The notes: a model not told the origin generated them from the sequence alone. A stretch of DNA of 63,999 bases, filler included, from Piptocephalis cylindrospora (GCA_003614145.1; 22 parts of 22 records of this genome joined end to end with filler, not necessarily neighbours in it); one strand, 5' to 3'; positions 50,584-63,089 are shown, counted from the whole stretch's first letter. Translations and numbers: made by a program.

Positions 50584-52122
50584 ATGGCTCATCACCACCA
50601 CCATCCTCACCACCATCACCACATGCACAACGGCATCTCTTCACACACTGCCCTGGGAGGCCCTTCCTCCTCCTCCTCCTCCTCCCATTCCCTTCACTCC
50701 TCCCCGAACGTCGTCGGCGTCCATTACCGGGTGGGCAAGAAGATTGGCGAGGGTTCCTTTGGAGTCATCTATGAGGGGACCAACCTACTCAATAATCAGC
50801 AGGTTGCCATCAAGTTCGAACCCCGGAAAAGTGATGCCCCTCAACTGCGGGACGAGTATCGTACTTACAAGATCCTCGCTGGCACCATGGGCATCCCCGC
50901 TGTCTACTATTTTGGTCAAGAGGGTCTCCACAATATCCTGTGCATCGACCTTCTAGGCCCCTCCCTCGAAGATCTCTTTGATATGTGCGGCCGTCGCTTC
51001 TCCGTCAAGACCGCTTGTATGCTCGCCAAGCAGATGCTCACCCGCATCCAGGCTGTACACGAGAAGCATCTCATCTACCGAGACATCAAGCCCGATAACT
51101 TCCTCATTGGCCGACCCCACACTAAGAATGCCAACCTCGTCCACATGGTCGATTTCGGCATGGCCAAGCAGTATCGTGATCCCAAAACCCGTCAGCACAT
51201 CCCGTACCGTGAGCGCAAGTCCCTCTCTGGCACCGCTCGGTATATGTCCATCAATACCCATCTGGGCCGGGAACAATCCCGTCGGGATGACCTCGAAGCC
51301 CTAGGCCATGTCTTCATGTACTTTCTCCGTGGGGGTCTCCCATGGCAAGGGCTCAAGGCCGCTACCAACAAGCAAAAGTACGAGAAGATCGGTGAGAAGA
51401 AGCAGACCACTGCCGTTCGGGACCTTTGCACTGGTCACCCCGAAGAATTCGGCATCTATCTCTCCACCGTCCGGAAACTCGGCTTTGAGGAACAGCCCGA
51501 TTACGATGCCCTTCGTGGACTCTTCACCAAGGCTCTGGCCTCCTGCCATGAGACCGAAGATGGTGTCTTTGACTGGATGCTCCTGAACAATGGTCGTGGC
51601 TACGAATACCGAGGGGGCGCTGGGGCTGGGGCCGCTGGAGAGGGTGAGGGTCGTCTTACCCCCCACCGTCATTCCCAACGCTACTCCCAGCAGGCAACGG
51701 GTGGAGCCTATGGCCCTGGAGCCTCCGGCGGTGGTGTTCCTGGCCATCCTCAGCATCATCCCTCTCGGACCGGTGGGACCAATCTGGATGTCGGCATGAG
51801 CCCTGCACATCGGGCCAGCATGGGGAGGATGAATCGTGCGCCCGGGCATGGAGCCACTGGCCCCGGGAACCATCCCATGGTCACTACCGGTACCTCCCTT
51901 CATCGAAAGGCCTCGGCCAATCGACAGACCGCTCATCCCGCCGGCATGATGGTCCCCCCTGGGGCCCAGCAAGGCTATCCTTCGGGTGGTCATAGCGGAG
52001 CGACTGGTGGTGCTGGTCTCGCCTCTTCTGGCGCCGCCGTAGCCCATCAATCAACCGGGGCCGGGGGTGTGGAGGCTCAGCACAAATCCTCCTTTTGGAG
52101 GAAGCTGCTGTGTATTGGCTAA
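50584..52122 (+). CDS. Casein kinase I (Yck1/Yck2/Cki1 type), intronless
   Basis: [72 protein letters not shown], and a C-terminal Cys lipidation-type motif FWRKLLCIG. Confidence 0.97.
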   Translation: MAHHHHHPHHHHHMHNGISSHTALGGPSSSSSSSHSLHSSPNVVGVHYRVGKKIGEGSFGVIYEGTNLLNNQQVAIKFEPRKSDAPQLRDEYRTYKILAGTMGIPAVYYFGQEGLHNILCIDLLGPSLEDLFDMCGRRFSVKTACMLAKQMLTRIQAVHEKHLIYRDIKPDNFLIGRPHTKNANLVHMVDFGMAKQYRDPKTRQHIPYRERKSLSGTARYMSINTHLGREQSRRDDLEALGHVFMYFLRGGLPWQGLKAATNKQKYEKIGEKKQTTAVRDLCTGHPEEFGIYLSTVRKLGFEEQPDYDALRGLFTKALASCHETEDGVFDWMLLNNGRGYEYRGGAGAGAAGEGEGRLTPHRHSQRYSQQATGGAYGPGASGGGVPGHPQHHPSRTGGTNLDVGMSPAHRASMGRMNRAPGHGATGPGNHPMVTTGTSLHRKASANRQTAHPAGMMVPPGAQQGYPSGGHSGATGGAGLASSGAAVAHQSTGAGGVEAQHKSSFWRKLLCIG

Positions 52123-52933
52123 GACGGGGTGATCCTACAAGGAACGAGGTGCGCCAGGGCATGGGTGGGGAGGCTGCTGAGGTAGGGGTAATTCACATCA
52201 AGGGCATGGTTTTTGATAGGGGAGGAGGGAGAGGGGGGGAGGGAAGGATAAGCGTTGGATTGGGGACGGGAAATGGGTTCTCTGGGCTTTCGTACGACGA
52301 CAAGGACCCTGAGTACATCGGGAAGGGATGATTGGAGGGGAAAAGGCAAGCCGGGCTTCATGAGACGACGATTGATGAATTTAAGGATGAAGGATCGGAT
52401 GAGGAGGAGGAGAATAACGAGGAAGGGGGCTAAATGATGATTTATGGATCATTCTATGCTGAACCCCTCTCTCCCTTTCTCCCCCTCCCCCTTGACTCAT
52501 GCATCAGACGCACTCACACGTATCCCTATGTGTGTACGTGTTCTCGTAGTCCATGGTATCTGCCTGGGGTCCAGCCGGTGTTTGCAACCATGTGTATGTC
52601 TGGTCTAGCATCGGTGTGTGGGGGACATGTAGGCTTGTCTGTGTGTGTATGCGCTTGCCCACTAGGCAAGAGGGTCTGGTCAGAGGCATGTGTGCTCCCG
52701 CTTGCGTGTGTGTGTGTGTGTGACTAAGTATGAGCAGGAATTTGGGACGATAGGGAGCTTGGCCCAAGGAATTCAGATNNNNNNNNNNNNNNNNNNNNNN
52801 NNNNNNNNNNNNNNNNNNNNNNTTAATTAATTAANNNNNNNNNNNNNNNNNNNNNNNNNNNNNNNNNNNNNNNNNNNNCTTGTCCACAGTAACGGCCATC
52901 CCTACCACAGACTCCTCTAGGATTGCAAGGGCA

Positions 52934-55653
52934 TCCACACCACCAAGACCATACGGTTCGGAGACAGAGGAGAGGTTGGAGAAGATACGATGGATAACAG
53001 GGGTGGAGCCTCTCACCTGGTAATCCCAACATTCCAACCCCCAGGGCCCCGATAGCCACATTCGATGGCCACACACGCGAACCTCACGAATTCCTCCTGT
53101 ATAAGGGGAAACCCCCGGTGTAAGAGGATCCTTTAAGTCGCTTGCCCCCTCCATTTCCACCATGACCATCCCCTCCTCATCATCCTCTCCTTTCCTACCA
53201 GGCCCGGGCGAGCCTCTTCCGCCCTCCAGGGAAAGATCCCAATGATGGTTGGTCGTAGAGGCCCTGTCCTTGTAGGCTCTTTCCACGCTAATACATCCGA
53301 TCCTTCCGTCTTCCCGAACCCACCAAACCCACTCTCCATCTCCTCCTGTACCACTAGTACCCACCCAGCGCACGGGAGAGGGGGTAGAAGTAATGACCTC
53401 TCCCCTCTCGGCCCAGATGCAAGTACCAGTCATGACATCACACATCCGAATCCCCCCGGATTGATCCCCCATGACAAGGGCCACACGGTCTCGGGAGCCG
53501 ACTTGGGTCATGACAATGGCTAGGGCAGTGATACGCCTTCCTTCCCCAGGATCCCGGATGGCCTTACACTTAAAAACCCTTTCCCTTCCCCTCTCGCCGC
53601 TCCCGGTAGTTCCACCCACACCCATCATGAGCTCAAAAGACCCAACCCGCTCCCAAACCCAAACAGCACCTTCTGAACAGGCGCCGGCCACCACAACCCT
53701 TTCTTCCTTGGCCCCACCCATGGAAAATTCACCATTGAGAGTCCTAGCCTCTATGGCGATGATATCTCCGCCCTGTAGCCTTTGGAGGAAGGAAGAGGGG
53801 GAGGAGGACGGATGAGTCCCTTCTTTTCCCGACCAGGAGGATCGACCTTGATCGGAGAGGCCCAGAGACCGAACCTGGCGCAGTTCCCTCGGCTCCAAAT
53901 ATACAACGGCCCCTCCCCTAGTCGCCTCACGGAGGGGATTAGGTGATTTTTTTGTCAGGGGCATTATCAGGGCCCCCAGGGACCTCGGGTACGTTAGCCA
54001 ATCCCAAGAACCCCCTGCACAATATCCCAGATTTCCGGATCTGCTGTGAAACGCAGGCGCTCGAGATCTTTGCCTCCCCCCAAGCCTCTGCCAGGGGGGG
54101 GGCAGCAGCGGGGGGGGGAGAAAAGAAAAGGGAGAAGGGGAAAAAAAAAAAAAAGGGGGGGGGGGGGGGGGGGGGGGGAGAGGGAAATTGGTGGGGGGAT
54201 CAGGAAGGGCAGGGGTACCAAAGGATAGAATGGCGTAAGGACTCACCTCCACTTCAGGACCCAAGTGGGAGTAGGGGTGGTGGCTATTGGAGGGGAAGAA
54301 CCAGGACCAAAGGAGAACACGGAGAGGTAGTCTCCACCAGGGAGTCTCCCACACGTGCATCTCTCCTACATACCGTGTGTATACATAGGTAAGACAGAGA
54401 ATCAGGGCAGTCATATTCATCCACTGATGGTGTCGTGCCGACCTCCAATCCGTAAAGGGGATATGAAAGCGTGGGCCTTGCTCAGGAGGAGGCTCTACTT
54501 GAAGGGAGGCTTGGTAACGGGAGGTTTGTGACATGGCGGAAGGAGGGGTAGGAAGGGGGAGGAGAGGGGGGATCTTGGACTTTATCCCGGACTTTTCCAT
54601 CGCGGATAGGGAAGAGGAGGATGTGGAGGAGGAGGATCGAGAATGGGAGTGTGGAGTGCTCTCTGGGAAGGACGGTGTAGGGGAGGGAGAGGAAGAGGAG
54701 GATGCAGGTGGAGAGGATGAGGGAGGGGAAGATGAGGAGGGGGAGGGAGCAGAAATCTGCGAAGGGGAAAGGGAACTAGATGGGGGAAAGGCGAGATCTG
54801 AGGCCATCAGCGGACTGTTCAATCCACGGAGGTTAGGTTGAGAGAACCTCCTCATATGCTGGACCACTCGACGGTTATGTAGGTCTGATAGCTAAAGGAG
54901 TGGGTTGTGGAGGGTGAGTGGGGTAAAAGAAGGGTAAGGGCAGCATGTGGGGTCCTCTTACCTCTAAGCGGCGAAAATCAATGGAAAGGACCGAGGTCAT
55001 GAAAAGGAGCTGTAAGCTATGATCGGCCACCAAGGCCATAGCAACAAAAGAGCAAAATTCCTGCATGAAGAAGTCAGCCTGTGCTCATTTCCAAAAGACG
55101 TCGCTATAGAAATAGAGAAAGTGTACAAGAAACAGCCCTACCTTTAATACATCCAATCCAGAAAACCATCCTACAAGGCAAACTAGTAATTGGAGGCCCA
55201 GGGTGGCCATAAGACGATGAGAGATATTTCTCAGCCCTGCGGATAAGAGGAAGGATGAGAAATGGGGGTAGAGAGGGATGGGGGGAGAGGGAGGGACAGG
55301 TAGATGTAATACGTACCAAGAGCGACACGTTCCTGAACAGGTAGATCCATGCTCGTGTCTATGACTCCATTAGTAACTACGTAAAGATTGGTGACACCAA
55401 TGGTGATAAGAAGAGGAGGATAGGTCTCCCAGGGAACCAGGTCTTCGATAATGCCAAGCCGAGCACAGCCTCCGAGAGAGCTCGTGACGACCAGGGCGAC
55501 AGTGACTAGAGCAGAGAGACCCAGACCGTACTTGGATTTGACCAATTCGACGGTCCCGAGTGAATGGGAAACGGCGGCAAAGATAAGGGAGAAGACGCAG
55601 AGGATGGCAATCACGCCTGCGGGCCAATCAGTGAGGGAGGCGGATGGGGTGGC
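52934..55653 (-). CDS. SCAP: SREBP cleavage-activating protein-like (sterol-sensing domain plus WD40 region), partial, multi-exon, with a homopolymer frameshift near 54110-54190
   Basis: VKSKYGLGLSALVTV, LVPWETYPPLLITIGVTNLYVVTNGVIDTSMDLPVQERVALG, MQEFCSFVAMALVADHSLQLLFMTSVLSIDFRRLE, followed by WD-like strands. Confidence 0.85.
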
Positions 55654-55808
55654 TGCCCTTGCAATCCTAGAGGAGTCTGTGGTAGGGATGGCCGTTACTG
55701 TGGACAAGNNNNNNNNNNNNNNNNNNNNNNNNNNNNNNNNNNNNNNNNNNNNTTAATTAATTAANNNNNNNNNNNNNNNNNNNNNNNNNNNNNNNNNNNN
55801 NNNNNNNN

Positions 55809-56028
55809 GCTTTCTTTCCTATGACCATAGCGGTAAGTGTATAGAAGGAGGGGGAAGGAGGGTCTAAGAGATGACCTTTCTTGTCAAAAAGGTACTGACC
55901 TCACGTCGAAAGACATCGTCGATAATATCCTCCACTTCATACACGTCCTCTTCTTCTTCTTCCTCGCTACTAGTACCATTCGTCGCCTCGGGTTCATGCA
56001 CTTCATCCCTGTCTGATGGCTGGAGCAT
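55809..56028 (-). CDS. Chromodomain protein, N-terminal fragment (intron 55819-55899)
   Basis: Manual translation MLQPSDRDEVHEPEATNGTSSEEEEEDVYEVEDIIDD: an acidic run plus YEVE.I chromodomain start. Truncated by the contig end. Confidence 0.55.
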
Positions 56029-56720
56029 ACGTGTTGTTATTCTGATTTATGTTGTGATCTGCACGCGTGGATGGGTTATACGTGTCTCGAAAGTAGTCCG
56101 AGCGCGAGTACAGTAGATACAACGTACTACCTTCTGAATCACAAAAGGGAAGAGAAAGCGCAGATGAGGAGAGGAAGGAAAACAGCCGGAAGAGCAGGAA
56201 AAAAAGGTGGTCCATCTCTCTCACCGATGATCAATAGGCTCCGAGTATACTCACCTTGACCGTACAACACGCGCGACCTTTCAATGTGGCGTCTTGTTCA
56301 AGAATGAATGAGTGGATCTCACTGCAGGTCCCAACTCCGCGCACACTGGAAGTGTGTCATGTCCAAGTAGCCACCACACTAGAGAGCTGGCTCCTCCCTC
56401 GCCTGATGAGTGAGGCAAGAGTGGATCAGCTTCATCGCCACTTGGATGGAGCTTCTCAATGATCAGCAGTCAAACTATACTGATTATACTAATTATCTTT
56501 ATTAAATACACTACACTAGGTAAATACCGAGGTCATATCGGGTATGGGGTGCAAAATATTCTGAAGCATAATATTTATAGAGAGGGACAACTACTCTTTC
56601 GGGCCTTGAGTCATTGATTTATGGGACAAATTCATGCAGAATACATCGAATCAGGCCGCCTTCTACTTGACACAATAAGGACATACGGCTTTTTTTGTTT
56701 CCACCGACTGACAGCAGTAA

Positions 56721-57087
56721 TCAACACCCATTACACTCGCTACACCCATCACATCCTTCGCACCCATCACATCCTTCACAGCATGTGCCGCATTCATCGT
56801 TCCCGGTAGAGTCCCCGAAGAAGCACACAGGAGTAGAGGACCCGGCCCGCCCATCGCAGCAAAAAAAATTAAAACCACTCTGCTTTTCTTGATCCTCGAC
56901 AACGCCAGATCGATCAAATCCTCCGGCAGCATTAGAGCAAGATTGGGCAATCCCATCCAGATGGCTCTGAGGATATGGGAGCATACATGCCTCGGGATAG
57001 GCTGGTAGAGAATTGTAATCCGGGGGTGTTTCTCTAGCCTGACTCATCTCAATTCGGCTTTCCTCCATATTCAACGTATGTTCAGTC
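56721..57087 (-). CDS. Cys-rich protein, probable last exon
   Basis: Polypyrimidine/CAG acceptor near 57088, PPDY and LPAY motifs, C-terminus CGTCCEGCDGCEGCDGCSECNGC*. Confidence 0.55.
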
Positions 57088-57880
57088 TGCAGAGGAGGAT
57101 AGGATACAGTGAAGGAAAGTGATAATTGAGCAACAATATCTTAAAAGTATGACCATGCTCCTGTCAGCATTACTCAAGTGTTGTATTTATGCACATGGTG
57201 TAAAGGATCATTACCTCGCTGACCCTTCGACCTACACGCTAAAACAGTTCAGGGAAAGGGCATTAGGATTCTTGCATAAAGGGTAAGGGATGGGCATAGA
57301 CTACCCATAGCGTTCACTTGTGTGTCCCCATCCAAGGACAAGTGAAACAACACGCTCTAAGCGGAGTCGGACGAGAAGATTGGATAGCATCATTAAATGG
57401 TGGATAAATATAGAGCTTGCGGAGTTGTTCCAAACCAGTATGTTATTGGGGGGCTTCCAATGAAGGGTGAAAGGGGGAAGAAACAGAGACTGTCCCACCA
57501 AATCATTTTATGCCGTCCCCCAAATCCCTACCACTACCACGTGAGCACACATGGAAATAATTGATTAGAATGAGCTATTTTTATACCATGTTGTATGGCT
57601 CGGCCGGTCCTTCAATGTCCCTTGGGCGTGTGTTTCCCCATAAGACAATAAATTTTTATACAATCAGTCGGTCCTTCTGATGATGAATGGAGCAGAGTAT
57701 TCTTGGTAAATAACGAGAACCATTACATGCTCCTTACCTTGACGCGGTACCCAGATGTGAAGAGAGGGGTGGAATGCCCAAAAACAAGAAAAGCAAGACA
57801 GGACATATGGATAATCGCACAAACAAAGTTAGATTGGACGATGTGTTAGGTCTATAGGCAAATGCCTCTCATCCAGACAA

Positions 57881-58245
57881 TTAGAAAAGATTGACAGATC
57901 GGGCAAGAGGAAGGACGTCAGCAGGGTCACAGGTGCAGTGTACACCATCGGCCTTAACGACATAAGTTTCTGGGTCGACAGACATTTCACCGAGCCAATC
58001 ATTCCACTTCGTGTCGCGTTTTGTAATTTTCCTGCAGTTTTTGACGGGGACAAGGGATTTAGAGAGGCCATAGGAGGCTTTGACACGATCGACGCTACAG
58101 CCACTGACAAAGGCCAAGCTGGACATGGCAGCGCCACCACGGGAGTTCGCGTACATGGGCCTAGAGAGGATGGGCTCGGTGGTGGGGATGGAGGCGTTGG
58201 CCGAACCCATGGAGGCCTGGACGATCAAGCCCCCCCTTAAGGACC
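57881..58245 (-). CDS. URE1: Urease, C-terminal fragment
   Basis: [69 protein letters not shown]. Confidence 0.93.
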
Positions 58246-58509
58246 CAGGAGGGCTTGCATCCAAAGTTGACTGGGCTATATACTATCATCCAGCAATCAG
58301 GAAAGCCCGAGAAGGGAAAAAAGAAGTGGATGACCACCCAGCCGTGAGCCCTTCCAGAGAAGGCCCGGATGAGGGGTTTTCCACTGATCTAGGGGCTATC
58401 CCTCCTATTCAGGGTGAAGAGGAGATCACTCCCTCCAGCTCTGTCCCCTTGGTCACCAAGACTGTTCAGCCTGAAAGTATAACCGGTGGAAGAGCAAGTC
58501 TTCGTCAGG

Positions 58510-58637
58510 ACCTCGCCCTTCCCGAAACACAACCTGATAATGCTCGGGTTAAGAGGTACATTTCAAAGTACACCATCAATCCTGCCATCTCTCACGGTAT
58601 TTCCCATGTTGTCGGGTCAGTCGAAGTGGGGAAATGG
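58510..58637 (+). CDS. URE1: Urease internal fragment (inverted relative to the C-terminal fragment)
   Basis: [34 protein letters not shown] is a urease alpha-domain signature. Confidence 0.9.
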
Positions 58638-58737
58638 NNNNNNNNNNNNNNNNNNNNNNNNNNNNNNNNNNNNNNNNNNNNTTAATTAATTAANNNNNNN
58701 NNNNNNNNNNNNNNNNNNNNNNNNNNNNNNNNNNNNN

Positions 58738-61564
58738 GCGCTGGCCCCCTTACCCCCAATCCTCTTCTCATCCGGGTTGAGACCAATGCCGGGCACGGGG
58801 CGGGTAAACCACTCGATAAGGAGCTTGAGGTTGCGGCTGACAAATACGCTTTTATCGCCATGGCCCTTGGAGCCACCTGGAGAGATTAAGGACCAGACCT
58901 TCTTAGGATTCGGGGCTAGCTCTGTCAAGTGGCAAATTTTGGAAAAGGAGGGTGAACCTAGATCAGAATATACCCGATAGACTTCATCAGGTTCAACTTT
59001 GGTAAAAGTCACATATGCCCCAAAATGCACATACAGCGACCATCCAGAGTATGGATATGCTATATTTAACAAGATAATTTTTGCTTCATTTCTTCACTCA
59101 AAGCAAATCATAGATAAGGACGACGAGTGGGTGGACTTAATCTTCCGCCCGGTGGCGTAAGCATTGAGAGAATGAGAGGGATGGGTTGTCTGACACACGC
59201 CCCTGAGCACGATCCTGGCCATATTTCATCTAGTAAGGTATACGCCATAAGCGGTTTGATTGATTTTATTCAGCTTTTTGCTATCCAAGAAAGGTTTCAG
59301 ACGACTAGGAGCTCCCAACATCTTGAACCGGGTGTATGCCTCTATCAGCTTTATAGGTCATTTAGGTTACCGCCAAGATAGATGGAAACTTCGCTGTGAC
59401 TATTAAAGGAGGCTTTGGGCTACTAAACGGCTTTCGCGCCGTCGAGATCAAAAGGTAGGGAGTTATTCTTCATAAGAATCGGTCAACCCCTTACCGCTCA
59501 ACACCCGATTGATGCGGTCTGGACCACCAATAGTCTCTTCAAAGTGTCCGTCTATTTTGACTAGCCGAGGAGACCGACGCTGGAGGTAAGAGGGCCCTTC
59601 TAGCCCATTACTGGGCAGGGCCATGACCGAGACAAGGAGGATGATGCCGACGAGCATGAGAGTGGAGAAACGCATGGTTGTTGGGGAGTGTGCTTATGGA
59701 CGATGGACCAGCCAAGGATTGAAGATAAATGCGTGGAATGAGGAAAGGTGCAGGGGGAAACGACGCGATGAAGAGGTTGATTGTTAAATGTATGTCAGAG
59801 GACCTGGCTTGACTTGGGAGCCTTGAAGTCTCAGATCATTTATACCTTTTGAATCCTCCTTTCTCCTTCCCACATGCCCTTATACTAGAGGGAGGGGGGG
59901 GGCGTCTCCTGACGTTCCCGGATGAATGGATAGTCCTAAGTCATATAGTAACCCATCCCCGCCCTCTCCCTATCCTTGCAGTCTAGCATGTTCTGGCAAG
60001 GTCCAAGTAAGTGAAACCCAAGGCATAGCAGTGGATCAAAATAGTTGGTTACCGGAGCGAATGCAAGGTACGAGCCGTTACACAGTCTACCTAATGGAAC
60101 CAGAAGAAACTGGGCCCTACGAGATAATGCACCTTTTCTGGAAACTGAACTGATTGGCCTTGTTCGACTCAGTGTATGAATGCTTATCGATTTGTGCCCG
60201 CACATCAGCGGAGTTTGAATGCACTGTCGGGGCTGGTGGATGGTGTCATGGAGGCAGGAATGATACAAAGGCGCTAGATCTCGCTCCAGTCCCACCTCTG
60301 CGTTGCGGGTCTTTTATCCTGAAAGGATCCATCAGTTGGGATTATTGCTCTAGGAATGTTTTATGTAGTCATCGAATCTTACTGGACGTACGGTATGTAC
60401 TGAATCCAACGGCAAGATCCCATTTGGACCAGTGCTTGTGGACATACTATTTTTAGGTTTCGAATGGGGATTGATGCATTGTTCTGGTTTCACAATGCAA
60501 TAGGTGGTATTTGTCGAGATTCAGCCTTATATCCTCGGCAAGGCAATGGACTACTTACTGGAAGATGATATTTGACCGGCTTTTTAAAGTGTATCCGTTT
60601 CCATCTCTCGGAAAAAAGGGGGGAGGGGGGAGGACAGTGACCGCTCCATGTCTGGTGCGTGTTTTCCCTTGCTGTGCACGGATTATAAATAACAATTTAA
60701 TGGTGAAATAGTAATCGATCGTTCATGTCAGTCGGATAGATGTGCAATGACCAGGAAATACTGACGGTCCATTGTATTGATCCTTTGCTCACCGTCCTTC
60801 CCGTGATCAACATTGCGTCTCACTGCATCTCACATGACAATCCCTACCTTTTGATCTCGACGGCGCGAAAGCCGTTTAGTAGCCCAAAGCCTCCTTTAAT
60901 AGTCACAGCGAAGTTTCCATCTATCTTGGCGGTAACCTAAATGACCTATAAAGCTGATAGAGGCATACACCCGGTTCAAGATGTTGGGAGCTCCTAGTCG
61001 TCTGAAACCTTTCTTGGATAGCAAAAAGCTGAATAAAATCAATCAAACCGCTTATGGCGTATACCTTACTAGATGAAATATGGCCAGGATCGTGCTCAGG
61101 GGCGTGTGTCAGACAACCCATCCCTCTCATTCTCTCAATGCTTACGCCACCGGGCGGAAGATTAAGTCCACCCACTCGTCGTCCTTATCTATGATTTGCT
61201 TTGAGTGAAGAAATGAAGCAAAAATTATCTTGTTAAATATAGCATATCCATACTCTGGATGGTCGCTGTATGTGCATTTTGGGGCATATGTGACTTTTAC
61301 CAAAGTTGAACCTGATGAAGTCTATCGGGTATATTCTGATCTAGGTTCACCCTCCTTTTCCAAAATTTGCCACTTGACAGAGCTAGCCCCGAATCCTAAG
61401 AAGGTCTGGTCCTTAATCTCTCCAGGTGGCTCCAAGGGCCATGGCGATAAAAGCGTATTTGTCAGCCGCAACCTCAAGCTCCTTATCGAGTGGTTTACCC
61501 GCCCCGTGCCCGGCATTGGTCTCAACCCGGATGAGAAGAGGATTGGGGGTAAGGGGGCCAGCGC
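58738..61564. repeat. 724-bp inverted repeat, arms 58738-59461 and 60841-61564, forming both contig ends
   Basis: Mirror ORFs with identical translations on opposite strands, and reverse-complementary arm ends. Confidence 0.97.
59463..59675 (-). CDS. Small secreted peptide precursor (70 aa) with Kex2-type site
   Basis: Signal peptide MRFSTLMLVGIILLVSVMA-LP, propeptide ending LQRR, minus-strand TATAAA near 59840. Confidence 0.65.
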   Translation of the reverse strand: MRFSTLMLVGIILLVSVMALPSNGLEGPSYLQRRSPRLVKIDGHFEETIGGPDRINRVLSGKGLTDSYEE

Positions 61565-61664
61565 NNNNNNNNNNNNNNNNNNNNNNNNNNNNNNNNNNNN
61601 NNNNNNNNTTAATTAATTAANNNNNNNNNNNNNNNNNNNNNNNNNNNNNNNNNNNNNNNNNNNN

Positions 61665-62559
61665 ATCTTGAAAGTCAAAGATGCTGTTCGGTACGTGGAA
61701 GGCAATGGAAAAGCACCTATGTTCAACCCCGTATCCTTTACCCTGGACCCTGGTGACCGGCTGGTGATACGGGGACCCAGCGGAGTGGGGAAGACAACGC
61801 TGCTCAAAGGCCTAGCTGGCCTTCTTGCCCTGGATGAGGGAGAGGTGACCTTGGATGGCCGTACGGCTCTGGATTGGGGTATCCCTTACTGGAGAGCACA
61901 AGTGCTGTATGTTCCCCAACGTCCTGGTAAGGTGGTGAACGAGCAGAGATAGACCATACCTTTACTTACTCTCCCGATGGTCTTGCGAAATGATGATAAT
62001 CACGAATGGATGAGGGAATAGCCTTGCTCCCAGGGACTCCTTGGGAATTTTGGGAGATGGTCATTGGGTTTTGTGGCCAGAGAAAACGAGAAAATGAGGA
62101 AGGAGCAAGATTACATCGGGAGGATCCACGGGACATGGCTATGGATCTAGGAGTCCCCGAAAAGCTATGGTCGCGACCTTGGACTTCTCTATCTGGAGGA
62201 GAAGGACAAAGGATACTTCTTTCCATTGCCCTTGCTCTAAACCCACCCATCCTACTTTTGGACGGTGAGTTGGGGGAGGGTTATTTTTGAGGTGAATGAG
62301 GCAATGCCGAGTGTGACACTGACCCAACCCCCCTCCCCTCGCCCTACCCTTGCATTTTTGGAGGATAGAGCCGACCAGCGCCCTTGACTCGGCATCATGT
62401 GCTTTGGTAGAGGAAGTGCTCCAGGAACGTTCCTTCATTTGCATCTCTCATGATCCGAACCAGGCTGAGCGCCTTGGTGCGCAGATCCTTCGGATGAGCG
62501 CGCCCTCCACGGACGAGGGTGAAAGCGAGGAGGATTTGGAGAATACGATGGTAGTATGA
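61665..62559 (+). CDS. Stand-alone ABC ATPase (FetA/YbbL/STAR1-like); introns about 61927-62021 and 62266-62368; 5' truncated
   Basis: Walker A GPSGVGKTT, WRAQVLYVPQRP Q-loop, LSGGEGQR signature, ILLLD^EPTSALD Walker B/D-loop, ISHDPNQAERL H-loop, then a stop. Confidence 0.88.
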
Positions 62560-62798
62560 TCTCTCGAACCATCTCATCATTACTAGGGAGAAGCCTTTGG
62601 TTGAAAACGACGATGACCTCTTCACCGCTCCCCATTTCATATGAACTTGGTGGCAGGACGGGATATGCTCACGCATCACTCTCCCTCGACGGGAAATAAG
62701 ATGATGTACATTGTATCTTTGAAATCAATTTCTATCGTGTTTCAATGCACATACCCACACGCACACCCATACCCTATCCGAGACGCGGTTACGACAGC

Positions 62799-63089
62799 CT
62801 AACGAGCCTTATGTCCCTTGCCCTCCTCAACAACCAAGCGATCCACCTGGTACATGGAGTTGATCAGGACTTGTCGACGCAACGCCGCTAGCTCCTCATT
62901 TCCCCACTGAACAATAGGTGCAACGGATTCGGAAGGGGCGTCGTTAAGGGACGAGAGCTTTTCCCGGAATACACGACGGACCCGACGATTAGCGTGGTCG
63001 CGGAAGTTATAGGCGCAGTAATTGTTGGCCGTCCGCAGGAGCGAGCGGTACAGGTGTCGAAGTTGGGTGACTTCACTGGGAGAGACCAT
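62799..63089 (-). CDS. ISD11: LYR-motif protein Isd11 (LYRM4), Fe-S cluster assembly
   Basis: HLYRSLLRTANNYCAYNFRDHANRRVRRVFRE..ELAALRRQVLINSMYQVDRLVVE. Confidence 0.92.
   Translation of the reverse strand: MVSPSEVTQLRHLYRSLLRTANNYCAYNFRDHANRRVRRVFREKLSSLNDAPSESVAPIVQWGNEELAALRRQVLINSMYQVDRLVVEEGKGHKAR

Noticed and set aside
2889..61664. Regularly spaced TTAATTAATTAA repeats as a CRISPR-like or biological array
   Set aside because: They are flanked by exactly 44 N on each side and are an artificial six-frame-stop linker.
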